From NCBI GenBank assembly GCA_965233585.1, contig CBDDTI010000747.1, positions 96,001-160,000 on the forward strand: a stretch of DNA of 64,000 bases, written 5' to 3'. Made by a program: the position numbers and the translations under genes. The notes beneath the pieces are model-generated. The model worked only from the letters and a program-made list of their open reading frames with translations, was not told the origin of the DNA and searched no databases. The DNA is from a bacterium (GTDB lineage: Bacteria > SAR324 > NAC60-12). Below, piece after piece: positions 41,503-50,939 of the stretch. Each line of letters starts with the position of its first letter. Position 1 is the first letter of the stretch.

Positions 41503-42350
41503 GGTAAAAATTGTTTTAACCAAGACAGTCTTTTGCACGATGAAAATTTTTGATGTAAGGTAACCAAATCATCTAAAGTCTCCATGTCAAGTTTGTTGTC
41601 TAGGTAGTGAAGAGTTGTAGAAAGTTGATGTATAAACTGCTTAAAGGTGTCATGTTGTGAGTAAGCAACATTCTTAAAGACAAAGCACGGCAAAAATTGT
41701 TTTAACCAAGATAGCCTCTTGCATGATGAAAACTCTTGATGCAGGGCAATCAAATCATCTAAGGTATCCACATCAAGTTTGGTATCTAGGTAGTGAATGG
41801 GAGTTGTAGAGAGTTGATGCACAAGTTGCTTGAGAGTGTCATGTCGTGAATAGGTAACATTTTTAAAGACAAAGTCAGGTAAGTCTATCGCCCCCCCAAA
41901 CAAATAAAAACCACCATCTACACTTGCACCAATAACAATTTGCTTCGGATTTTGCTCAAGATGACGAGATGCCTCAAGCAATAAATCAGATTCTAATTGG
42001 GGACTGTCTGTCCCGATGATGATGACTGAATCGTAATTTTGTTTGAGATGAGAGTAAATACTGTGCAGTCTATCGCCCAGAGTCCCTTGACCTGTCCAAA
42101 TGACTTGAAAATCTTGTTCCCGGTGATTTTGCCAATATTTATGAGTGACGCCTTCTTCTTCTGCAACTGCAATGTATAAATCAATTTGTTCACTCTTTAT
42201 AGTTCCAACAGTCTGGCAGACCTGTCTTTGAGATTGATGATAGAAACACTCTGCCTGATCCTGACCAATACTTTGTGCAAGCCTCGTTTTGACTGGGGAA
42301 AGTCCAACTGTCTTAGCAAAAATGGCTATAGCACACTGAGTTCGAGACAT
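41499..42350 (-). CDS. DUF2064/TIGR04282-type transferase (arsenosugar-cluster associated) with duplicated C-terminus
   Basis: AIFAK..VKTRLA, GTLGDRL, IIGTDSPQL, IGASVDGGFYL, DVDTLDDL. Confidence 0.85.
   Translation of the reverse strand: MSRTQCAIAIFAKTVGLSPVKTRLAQSIGQDQAECFYHQSQRQVCQTVGTIKSEQIDLYIAVAEEEGVTHKYWQNHREQDFQVIWTGQGTLGDRLHSIYSHLKQNYDSVIIIGTDSPQLESDLLLEASRHLEQNPKQIVIGASVDGGFYLFGGAIDLPDFVFKNVTYSRHDTLKQLVHQLSTTPIHYLDTKLDVDTLDDLIALHQEFSSCKRLSWLKQFLPCFVFKNVAYSQHDTFKQFIHQLSTTLHYLDNKLDMETLDDLVTLHQKFSSCKRLSWLKQFLP
41503..41874 (-). repeat. Diverged tandem duplication of about 186 bp
   Basis: FVFKNV..CKRLSWLKQFLP occurs twice at the protein end. Confidence 0.9.
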
Positions 42351-42530
42351 AGATTTGGGAAATCAGTTTGAAAAATAAGCTAACATAGACATCAGAGTCT
42401 CATCACACTACGAAAAGACAAAGTCTTAAAAACAGTCTTCAATTATATTGACCACCAGACTAAAAGTCAATCTAAAAATAACATTTAATTACATTTGCTG
42501 TCAAACCGAAAGCCGGTGTGAATGAAAAAA

Positions 42531-43274
42531 TCATCTCTTTTTTTGAAAAAGATAACGTTGCTTCCACCACAAGTACTGATGTTGTAAGGTGATTTTAAGC
42601 CAACCATAAGCCATATATTTTCTGGCACTGGTCAGTAGTGGAATAGGTATCTTATTAAAAGGAATTTTCAAAAATTTTGCTTGTAAGGTCAGTAGATGAT
42701 CTTCACCATAGAGGCAGTTGACTGGGTAACCTTGTAATCTTTCAAAAAGCTCACGATGCAAACAAAAACCTTGATCACCAAAAGGGGCATGAAAGAGTTT
42801 GGAGCGAACATTTGCTCCTAACGCGTTGAGTCTCATCAATTCTTGAACAAAACGTTCTTTCAAGCCAACCGACTGAAAAGGCATAAAGGCTAACTGAAAA
42901 TAATGAAAGTGTTTTGGATTCTTTTTTAGGGATTGAATCAGTTGAGACAACACATTCTCTGGCAAAAAGCTGTCAGCATGTAAGAACCACAAAAACGGAT
43001 ATTGAGCCAATTTTGCACCTGCATTTAAAGCTAATGCTCTTGGATTCAAGCCTGCCTGTGCTTCTGAACACTCAACATGAACCCATTTAACGCGATCGGA
43101 AGGCACTGAGCTTTGTTGTTTAATGAGGTTTTGGGGGCTGCACAAAAGGATTTCATAGAGGCAGTCGCTGCTGGAAAAATCAGACGTCAGGCTTTCGTAA
43201 TGTTGCTCAACTTGGTGAACCAACCTTTGCCAGTTTGGCTCATTGGGTGCCAGAGGAATGATGATGCTAATCAT
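42531..43274 (-). CDS. GT2 glycosyltransferase (TIGR04283-like)
   Basis: ISIIIP, RALALNAGA, LWFLHADS, FGDQG, GED, TSARKY. Confidence 0.85.
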   Translation of the reverse strand: MISIIIPLAPNEPNWQRLVHQVEQHYESLTSDFSSSDCLYEILLCSPQNLIKQQSSVPSDRVKWVHVECSEAQAGLNPRALALNAGAKLAQYPFLWFLHADSFLPENVLSQLIQSLKKNPKHFHYFQLAFMPFQSVGLKERFVQELMRLNALGANVRSKLFHAPFGDQGFCLHRELFERLQGYPVNCLYGEDHLLTLQAKFLKIPFNKIPIPLLTSARKYMAYGWLKITLQHQYLWWKQRYLFQKKR

Positions 43275-44110
43275 TTCATCAAAACTTCAAGCATTGCCTG
43301 TTTTTGTGGTGGAATGGCATTTTGAGGGGTGAGCAGTGCATTGCATAAAGACATTCTTTGGGTGTCGTCAATGGGGGGCAAATCCTGCTGGAGCAACTGG
43401 CATAACAAAGATTTGGCTTTTTCTACACTTTGCCCATATCGCTGAATCACATCGGAGACATTGACGTGTTGGTCGGGGTTGTCCTTCCAACAATCATAAT
43501 CAGTCACAATCGCAATCGTGGCATAATTGATCTGCGCTTCTTTGGCTAAAAAGACTTCAGGGACATTCGTCATACCTACCAAATCACAGCCTGCAGTTCT
43601 TAAAAAATGGCTTTCTGCTTGAGTCCCTAATCTTGGTCCGTCAACGCAAGCGTAAGTTTTGTTAGTGTGCATGGTGAGCTTCATCGCTTGTGCTTGGGTT
43701 GCAATCCACTCGGTCAAAAGTTCGCAAGTAGGTTTTGCAGTAGAAACGTGAGCGGCAAGTCCTTCGCCAAAAAAAGTCTTTTCACGATGTCCTTTCACGA
43801 AGTCAAAATATTGACTGGGAATCACAAAATCGCCGGGGTGGATGTCCTCTCGCAAAGAACCCACTGCTGAAAGACCAATGATTTGCTTCACTCCCAATGA
43901 CTTTAGGGCATAAATGTTTGCCCTGTAATTGATTTCATGTGGTAAAAACTGATGATTTTGCCCGTGCCTTGCCAAAAAAAATAAAGACTTCTCTTGATAA
44001 GTTGCTTGAATCACTTCAGCTTGACCAAAAGGAGTCTGAATTTGTTTGACTTGGTCAATATGTAAATTTTCCAGCTGATAAATTCCTGTTCCACCAATAA
44101 TTGCTAGCAT
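43271..44110 (-). CDS. mtnP: 5'-methylthioadenosine phosphorylase-like nucleoside phosphorylase
   Basis: AIIGGTG, LARHG..PHEINYRANI, SAVGSL, GPRLGTQAES, VGMT..PE, VTDYDCW; start set to the ATG at 44110. Confidence 0.9.
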   Translation of the reverse strand: MLAIIGGTGIYQLENLHIDQVKQIQTPFGQAEVIQATYQEKSLFFLARHGQNHQFLPHEINYRANIYALKSLGVKQIIGLSAVGSLREDIHPGDFVIPSQYFDFVKGHREKTFFGEGLAAHVSTAKPTCELLTEWIATQAQAMKLTMHTNKTYACVDGPRLGTQAESHFLRTAGCDLVGMTNVPEVFLAKEAQINYATIAIVTDYDCWKDNPDQHVNVSDVIQRYGQSVEKAKSLLCQLLQQDLPPIDDTQRMSLCNALLTPQNAIPPQKQAMLEVLMK

Positions 44111-44117
44111 CGTTTGT

Positions 44118-44927
44118 TTATTTTTGAGGATTAGTCCAAGGTATCCATAGTAAATTCCACAGATTCGTTTTGTCAAAGTTTTTGTATTCGTTTAAACCCA
44201 GAACCATTTTTTCCTGCTCATATTTAGGATGGGCAGTGTAAGTCCCGAACAACTTATCCCAACATGCCAAATGAAACCCAAAGTTGCTATGATGTTCTTT
44301 GGCAATCACAGAATGATGAATGCGGTGCATGTCTGGAGTGACGAATAGGTAATGCAAAACTTGGTTAAGTTTTGGAGACAATTTGATATTGGAGTGGGTG
44401 AACATTGCCATTACATTCAATACAATCTCAAAAAGAAGCACGGCTTCAAAAGGGATTCCAAAGACAATCACAATCAATGCTTTCAAAAGTACAGACAACA
44501 GAATTTCCAGAGGGTGAAACCTGATCCCTGATGAGACATCTAAATCGTGGTCAATGTGATGTACTTTATGAAGACGCCAAAGTGCAGGGACCCAATGAAA
44601 GACGACATGTTGTAGATAAATGAAAAAATCTAGCAGAATGATGCTCACGGCAACAGTAGTCCAGTAAAGCCATGGCGTGTTAATTTCAAGAAGGTTGAAA
44701 AGCCCCCAGCTTTTTTGTTGAGCTAAAATGGCAACTCCTCCAACACTAAATGGTAGCAGATACTTTACAAGCAGTTGGCTAATAAAAAGCAGACCAAAAT
44801 TTCTAACATACCTAAAATTTTGCGGATAATTCCATTTTCTTTTGGGAACCCACCTTTCCAAAAAAAATAAAATCCCCAATGTACCTAAAAAGATAGCAAT
44901 ACGCCATAAGCTACTGTCGTTCATCAT
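44118..44927 (-). CDS. Sterol desaturase / fatty acid hydroxylase family protein
   Basis: His boxes HVVFH, HKVHH, RFHPLE, HRIHH; WDKLFGTY. Confidence 0.9.
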   Translation of the reverse strand: MMNDSSLWRIAIFLGTLGILFFLERWVPKRKWNYPQNFRYVRNFGLLFISQLLVKYLLPFSVGGVAILAQQKSWGLFNLLEINTPWLYWTTVAVSIILLDFFIYLQHVVFHWVPALWRLHKVHHIDHDLDVSSGIRFHPLEILLSVLLKALIVIVFGIPFEAVLLFEIVLNVMAMFTHSNIKLSPKLNQVLHYLFVTPDMHRIHHSVIAKEHHSNFGFHLACWDKLFGTYTAHPKYEQEKMVLGLNEYKNFDKTNLWNLLWIPWTNPQK

Positions 44928-45002
44928 TTCTTAATTATATTGGATTGTTAAATGATTAGGTGATAGTTGATGGTTTCTTTTTTAAGAAATAGATACAATT
45001 TT

Positions 45003-45956
45003 TTAGTCTAAACTACCACTGCAAGAACTTCCAGCTCCTGCAGTGCAACCATAGCAGTGACTTCCCAACGCGATCCCTTGACTTAAATCTGAAAAATCAT
45101 TGATGCCCCAAATGGTTGTTGGTTTAGAGTCAATTGGTATTTCTAACATTTGATTGAAATCACAATCATAAATCTGTCCATCCCAACTGATAGACACTAA
45201 ATTAGTACACATGACATTGTGAGCAACATCTGGGTTAAAGTTGTTGGTGAGTAACTCCATATACTCTTGAAACTTTCCTTTCCTTTGAAGCCACCACAAG
45301 TACCTTTTAATCGGCATATTGGTTATGGTAAATAACTGATTGAACACGATGCCAAAATGTTTTTGTAAATGCTCTTTATATGCTTCTTCCAACGCTTTTT
45401 GGTCACCGGGCAAGACATTGCTGGTTGGATTGTAAACCAAATTTAAATTTAGACCTTTTTGACGTCCGTATCCTAGTTGATTGAGTTGTTGCAAAGACAA
45501 AATGCTTTTATTAAAAACGCCTCTGCCTCGTTGTGAGTCCACATTATCTTCCAAATAACAAGGGAGAGATGCCACAATTTGCACCTGATGGTCTCTCAAG
45601 AAAACGGCTGTGTCTTCATACCCTTTCTCCTGCAAAATCGTCAAATTACAGCGATCTATCACCTCTTTCTTCATCTGCCTTAGCTCCTTGACAAAATAGA
45701 CAAAATGAGGGTTCATCTCAGGAGCGCCACCAGTGATGTCAATCGTCTTGACAGATGGTGCATGTTCCAGCAATTCTAACAAGCGATTGACCGTTGTCAA
45801 AGTCATGTTTTCTGTTCGTATCGGGCTAGATTCCACATGACAATGCGAACATGCCTGATTGCAACGTTTACCAATATTAACTTGCAATGTTGTGATTATT
45901 TTTCTCTGCAACGTAATACGATGTTCTTGTAATTTTTTAGCGAATGGTGTGAACAT
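45003..45956 (-). CDS. arsS: ArsS-type radical SAM / Cys-rich protein (arsenosugar biosynthesis)
   Basis: CNQACSHCHV, ITGGAPEMNP, ASLPCY, YDCDFNQML, C-terminal HCYGCTAGAGSSC. Confidence 0.88.
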   Translation of the reverse strand: MFTPFAKKLQEHRITLQRKIITTLQVNIGKRCNQACSHCHVESSPIRTENMTLTTVNRLLELLEHAPSVKTIDITGGAPEMNPHFVYFVKELRQMKKEVIDRCNLTILQEKGYEDTAVFLRDHQVQIVASLPCYLEDNVDSQRGRGVFNKSILSLQQLNQLGYGRQKGLNLNLVYNPTSNVLPGDQKALEEAYKEHLQKHFGIVFNQLFTITNMPIKRYLWWLQRKGKFQEYMELLTNNFNPDVAHNVMCTNLVSISWDGQIYDCDFNQMLEIPIDSKPTTIWGINDFSDLSQGIALGSHCYGCTAGAGSSCSGSLD

Positions 45957-46056
45957 AGGAGACCTAAATCATAATATTTACTTAAATTCCCCACATTGTA
46001 ACATATAAGATAAAATTTTGACTAAAAAATCCTATCTTATAAAAAAATTGGCATTG

Positions 46057-46739
46057 TTAAGTAATAAGTGATAGCTGATTATTCCGTTTTGCCATGAACA
46101 AAAGAACAGAATATTGTAATGCTTTAAGAGACTTGCTGTAACATTTGGTTTTCCTTCTCATTCTTGCCAAGAAATGTCTCAAGAGAGAATTATACCCTTC
46201 TATCGTGTATGTTTCTGCCTTGGAACATGTATGAATTTCTTTGGGAATGACTTGTTTGTAAGCCTTGCAGTGATCAGTCATCACCTGAAGAGGTTTTGTT
46301 TCCTTGACCTTGTCCCATAAATGCCTACAGGCTTTTGAGTCTCTGTTTCCAAGCACATAATTGATAAATTGCTTCCCACGTCTATCAACAGCAATCCAGA
46401 GCCAGCAGTAGTTTTTTTTGACTGGATGTAGGTGTGCATTTCATCAATTTCCATAATTTCAATGTCTGTGTCCTTTCTTAATGCCTTGAGCTGTTCGCCA
46501 AAACTACAGACCCAATTATAAACTGAAACATGAGAACAATTCAGCAAACGACCGATTGACCTGAAACCAAGACCCTCCAAATACAACTCTAATGCTCTTC
46601 TTTTGATCTGTGGTGAGATTTGACCACGATAGGACTTGGTATATTGATAGTTGCAGGCATTGCAACGCCTCCTCGGTTTACCATATAAGAAACCATTCTT
46701 AACCGTCTTCTCACTTTCACATCTAGGACACGACTTCAT
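46057..46739 (-). CDS. insAB: IS1 transposase InsAB' (programmed -1 frameshift), copy 1
   Basis: Zn finger CPRC..CNAC, HTH, EIDEMH; A8C slip site (T8 at 46412-46419) leads into the KNYCWLWIAVD..TDH..IEGYN frame. Confidence 0.9.
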
Positions 46740-46775
46740 TGCTACACCATGACTATCAATTCAATTAAATGAACT

Positions 46776-47535
46776 GGCATTGTTAAGTAATAAGTGATAG
46801 CTGATTATTCCGTTTTGCCATGAACAAAAGAACAGAATATTGTAATGCTTTAAGAGACTTGCTGTAACATTTGGTTTTCCTTCTCATTCTTGCCAAGAAA
46901 TGTCTCAAGAGAGAATTATACCCTTCTATCGTGTATGTTTCTGCCTTGGAACATGTATGAATTTCTTTGGGAATGACTTGTTTGTAAGCCTTGCAGTGAT
47001 CAGTCATCACCTGAAGAGGTTTTGTTTCCTTGACCTTGTCCCATAAATGCCTACAGGCTTTTGAGTCTCTGTTTCCAAGCACACAATTGATAAATTGCTT
47101 CCCACATCTATCAACAGCAATCCAGAGCCAGCAGTAGTTTTTTTTGACTGGATGTAGGTGTGCATTTCATCAATTTCCATAATTTCAATGTCTGTGTCCT
47201 TTCTTAATGCCTTGAGCTGTTCGCCAAAACTACAGACCCAATTATAAACTGAAACATGAGAACAATTCAGCAAACGACCGATTGACCTGAAACCAAGACC
47301 CTCCAAATACAACTCTAATGCTCTTCTTTTGATCTGTGGTGAGATTTGACCACGATAGGACTTGGTATATTGATAGTTGCAGGCATTGCAACGCCTCCTC
47401 GGTTTACCATATAAGAAACCATTCTTAACCGTCTTCTCACTTTCACATCTAGGACACAACTTCATTGCTACACCATGACTATCAATTCAATTAAATGAAC
47501 TTAATATCGCATATCACTTATAGTTTAACAATACC
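46776..47535 (-). mobile_element. Inner intact IS1-family element (760 bp)
   Basis: Both IRs present; 8-bp TSD AATGAACT at 46768-46775 and 47536-47543. Confidence 0.94.
46783..47465 (-). CDS. insAB: IS1 transposase InsAB' (programmed -1 frameshift), copy 2
   Basis: Near-identical to copy 1; slip site T8 at 47138-47145. Confidence 0.9.
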
Positions 47536-47711
47536 AATGAACTTAATATCGCATATCACTTATAGTTTAACAATACCAAAAAATTTAATTTGAGGATACT
47601 TAACTCAAAGTTATACTAAGATAAAAAATGGTTTGCAATAGCTGAATTTGTAAAGATTTTTTCAATTTCATTTGAAAACTATGCTAGCTGAAAATTGCAT
47701 TTTAAACTAAT

Positions 47712-49043
47712 TTAGTGGAGAGATTGAATGGGAAATGGAATTTGAACATAAAGGGTATTGGATTGCCTGAAAACTTTACAATTTTGTAGTCTCATCAACT
47801 GCATGAAAAATGTGGAAGCTGCTAAAAAAAATTCGGAACGTTTAAAAGGTTCTTGTCCAAATTTTTTGCACAATTCTTTTCCTGATTCAAAAGACTGCGC
47901 AAGATGTGTGAGTTCTTCCAAAGTATAGAAGTGTTTGGGATGAGACAGGCTTAAAAAAAGATTGGCAAACTCCTGCTGAATTTGCAGTCCCCAGTGGATC
48001 TCTGACTTTTCTGTGGCAAGTTCAATTAGCGAAAAAATCCATGTAATAAAAAGGTGGTGCATAATTTTAGCATCTCCGACAATCTCTTCTTGCTTTAACA
48101 ATTCTTGGTCTAAAATCAAAGAAAGTTTTTGCTGCCTTGCATAATTTCCTAGCACTGCATGGCATTCAAACATTAATTCTTTGACATTAAAGGTTTGATA
48201 ATTCCATTTGAGCAAGTTGTTTTGTTCAAAAACCCGCAAAACACACTCATTTGTCCAAGATTGAAGCAATAGCAAATAGAGATCTGAGAACATGTTGACC
48301 ATGACTTGATAATCTTCACCAGAATTGATGAGTTCTTTGACACGGTGAATTAACCTTCCAATCATGCGGTCTGTTGGTAAATATTCTGCTCTAAAATAAT
48401 AGCAATGCTGTTCTTCTGACTGACAACGCTTGACCAATTCTTCATTAGTTCTTCTTAGTCTTGTCAATTCACTCCTAAATTGATTGAGAGGCTCAAAGCA
48501 TGCTGGAAGCTCCACCTTAGCATCTCCAAAAAAGCGATTTAAAGCATCAATATTTTGTGGCTCACCATATCGCAACATTTTATTCAATCGCCAACAATAC
48601 AAGCCAAATAAAACAAACGATGCCACTTGCAATAACTTGGTGACGTTAGACGCACTGATGACTGCTTGAGTGGCATAAATCTCCCAACTGAAATCAAGAG
48701 TCCCCCTATTAGAATCAAAAAAAGTTTTACTCCCCTGACCCAATACCTTGCTGACTGTCCCTGCTTTCCAGACTTTTTGATCTTGCTTTAAAGCCACTTG
48801 CAGACCATCAATTCCAAGCTGCTCAATGAGAGTATTCAGATTTTCCATCATGCGAGATTTTAAATTCCCTTGAAGGTTCATCGTTTGAATTTTGTCAATC
48901 ATTTTGAGGTTGATGTCTTGGACAGACCTCTGACGTCCAGTCTCATAGGTCAAATGTACTATGTCAGAGATGAAAAGATGAAACACCACCAAAAGGACTA
49001 AACAACCGATGAAAGTGAAAGTTTTATTTGAGGTGTGACTCAT
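47712..49043 (-). CDS. Membrane protein resembling a degenerate sensor histidine kinase
   Basis: Two TM helices around a periplasmic loop, coiled coil, FNVKELM..IVGDAKIMHHLF segment like the HATPase entry; no clear H, N or G boxes. Confidence 0.5.
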   Translation of the reverse strand: MSHTSNKTFTFIGCLVLLVVFHLFISDIVHLTYETGRQRSVQDINLKMIDKIQTMNLQGNLKSRMMENLNTLIEQLGIDGLQVALKQDQKVWKAGTVSKVLGQGSKTFFDSNRGTLDFSWEIYATQAVISASNVTKLLQVASFVLFGLYCWRLNKMLRYGEPQNIDALNRFFGDAKVELPACFEPLNQFRSELTRLRRTNEELVKRCQSEEQHCYYFRAEYLPTDRMIGRLIHRVKELINSGEDYQVMVNMFSDLYLLLLQSWTNECVLRVFEQNNLLKWNYQTFNVKELMFECHAVLGNYARQQKLSLILDQELLKQEEIVGDAKIMHHLFITWIFSLIELATEKSEIHWGLQIQQEFANLFLSLSHPKHFYTLEELTHLAQSFESGKELCKKFGQEPFKRSEFFLAASTFFMQLMRLQNCKVFRQSNTLYVQIPFPIQSLH

Positions 49044-49576
49044 TTGAATGATGGAATTGCTTTTTGAATTTGCAGAGTCAGAACAGAGGCAATGCCTGCT
49101 TTGATAAGGTCTCCTGGGATATAGACTAAAGCAATCATCAATGCCTCAAACAATGTCCTGTCCATCTTCCATGCCATCCATGGAACACCAAACAAGTATA
49201 AGACAAAGATACCTCCAATAGTGCTACATGCAAATAAACAAAAGAAGTTTTGTGGGTTTTTTAAAGATTCACAAAGAAACCCTATCATAAAAGATGCGAT
49301 AGAAAAGCCTAAAAAAAATCCTCCTGAAGGTGATGTGATGACTGCTAAACCTCCTCGCCCCCCTGAAAGCAATGGTAAACCTGCAGCCACCAATAAGCAA
49401 AATAATGCGATGGATAAAAAGCCCAAACGTTTTCCAAGTAAAAGACCTGACAACATCACACCCAAGGTTTGTGCAGTGATAGGAACACCTATTGGGAGGG
49501 GTATAGCGGGAATTAAACCCAAAACAGCAGTCAATGCGGCAAAACAAGAAATATAGACGATGTGTAATGTTTTCAT
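49040..49576 (-). CDS. bioY: Biotin ECF transporter S component
   Basis: VPITAQTLGV, GLPLLSGGRGG..PSGGFFLGF, IPGDLIKA. Confidence 0.93.
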   Translation of the reverse strand: MKTLHIVYISCFAALTAVLGLIPAIPLPIGVPITAQTLGVMLSGLLLGKRLGFLSIALFCLLVAAGLPLLSGGRGGLAVITSPSGGFFLGFSIASFMIGFLCESLKNPQNFFCLFACSTIGGIFVLYLFGVPWMAWKMDRTLFEALMIALVYIPGDLIKAGIASVLTLQIQKAIPSFK

Positions 49577-50208
49577 GATGCAAAACCTCTTGCGTCAAGG
49601 GCATTTGATAAATCTTGTGCCATTTTTAAAATAGCCACAATCCAAGCAACAAAAATAAAGAAATGAAAACCTTGCATTCCTCTTGATTCAGCACTCTCTT
49701 TGAGTGCCTCAAACATAGCCAATCCACAAGGAATGAGACGCAAGACTAATGCACAACAAAACGCTACTTTTTGATGAGAAACACCCAAAGGACTTAATAA
49801 TTTAGCGGGGTATTCAAAAACTCTGATCATTTCAGAAAAGGGCGTAATGTACGTCACCCATGCAGAGATCATAATCAACAGCGCCAAGCGAGTTGACGTA
49901 AAAAGCCCGTATTGGAAGCCACCGAACAATGATTCCATGACCACCAATAAAATGACCCAAAAAGCGATGAGTTTGACAACTTGTAAGGTCTGTTGACATG
50001 GAATATGAGCATAGCAGAACAGTGAAAACACAACCACTACACTCCCTAACATGAGGTAGAACTCCCACGCAAAAATGCCTGCGCTAGAGTTGTATTCTAA
50101 TAGTCCATAAAATAACATGCTTGCCAATAAGAAGAGCATTTTGCATTCAGTATTGACAAATCGCAAGGCTGTCTTTTGACCGTATGTTGCCCCTAAATTT
50201 ATTGCCAT
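49573..50208 (-). CDS. bioN: ECF transporter T component (BioN)
   Basis: LRLIP, ESRG and DARG motifs; lies between the ATPase and bioY. Confidence 0.85.
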   Translation of the reverse strand: MAINLGATYGQKTALRFVNTECKMLFLLASMLFYGLLEYNSSAGIFAWEFYLMLGSVVVVFSLFCYAHIPCQQTLQVVKLIAFWVILLVVMESLFGGFQYGLFTSTRLALLIMISAWVTYITPFSEMIRVFEYPAKLLSPLGVSHQKVAFCCALVLRLIPCGLAMFEALKESAESRGMQGFHFFIFVAWIVAILKMAQDLSNALDARGFAS

Positions 50209-50894
50209 GCCAACTGCTGATAAGTCTTAAAGGCATCTTTCGGGAGTCCTTCAAAAATGAGCTGACCTTCATGTAAAACAAGAGCATGCTCAAAATCTGC
50301 CACATCTTCCAAACGATGCGTTGTAACAATCATCATTTGTTCTAATTTTTGCATGATATTCTTCCACTCACACTGCCTTTTTAAATCCAAAAAACACATC
50401 GGTTCGTCAAAAACTAAAACAGTGGGATTCATTACCAAAATAGACAACAAGGTCAGTAATTTCTTTTCCCCACCACTTAATTCATAACAGTTTTTTTTTC
50501 TGAAGGCTTCCCACTTAAAATGCTCAAGAATACCTGTGGTTTTTTGCTCAATCACACCTGAGTCATATTTTTGATTTTTGAGTCCAAAGCCCAATTCTTC
50601 TTCAACAGTTGGAAAGATGATTTGGTGTTCAGGGTTTTGAAAAATCAAACCGACTTGTTCTCTAACTTGTTTGGTATTTTGGATTGTACAATGCTGATTG
50701 ACTAAAATTTGACCTAAAGAAGGAGCAATTAATCCGTTGAGAGTTTTGAGCAAAGTCGTTTTACCCGACCCATTCAAACCAAAAATTGCAACTCTGTGGT
50801 GAGACAACTCAAAAGATAGTTGATTCAGAATCGTCTGACTCTGGAAAGAGACAGAAACATTTTGAAATTGAATCATTTTGAAAGGCGTGAGCAT
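50199..50894 (-). CDS. bioM: ECF transporter ATPase (BioM)
   Basis: GLNGSGKTT, FQNPEHQIIFPTVEEE, LSGGE, FDEP. Confidence 0.88.
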   Translation of the reverse strand: MLTPFKMIQFQNVSVSFQSQTILNQLSFELSHHRVAIFGLNGSGKTTLLKTLNGLIAPSLGQILVNQHCTIQNTKQVREQVGLIFQNPEHQIIFPTVEEELGFGLKNQKYDSGVIEQKTTGILEHFKWEAFRKKNCYELSGGEKKLLTLLSILVMNPTVLVFDEPMCFLDLKRQCEWKNIMQKLEQMMIVTTHRLEDVADFEHALVLHEGQLIFEGLPKDAFKTYQQLAWQ

Positions 50895-50939
50895 AGCCCG
50901 CTAGAAAGGCAGGCTATTTTGAATCCGATAGGAGAGCGA

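Larger units (their letters stand above)
46050..47577 (-). mobile_element. Outer IS1-family element (760 bp: 46050-46775 plus 47544-47577), interrupted by a second copy
   Basis: Imperfect terminal IRs GGCATTGTTAAGTAATAAGTGATA / GGTATTGTTAAACTATAAGTGATA; 8-bp TSD AAAAAATT at 46042-46049 and 47578-47585. Confidence 0.93.

Noticed and set aside
45003..45956. Selenocysteine recoding in ArsS
   Set aside because: The ORF is uninterrupted, has Cys at the motif positions and ends in TAA
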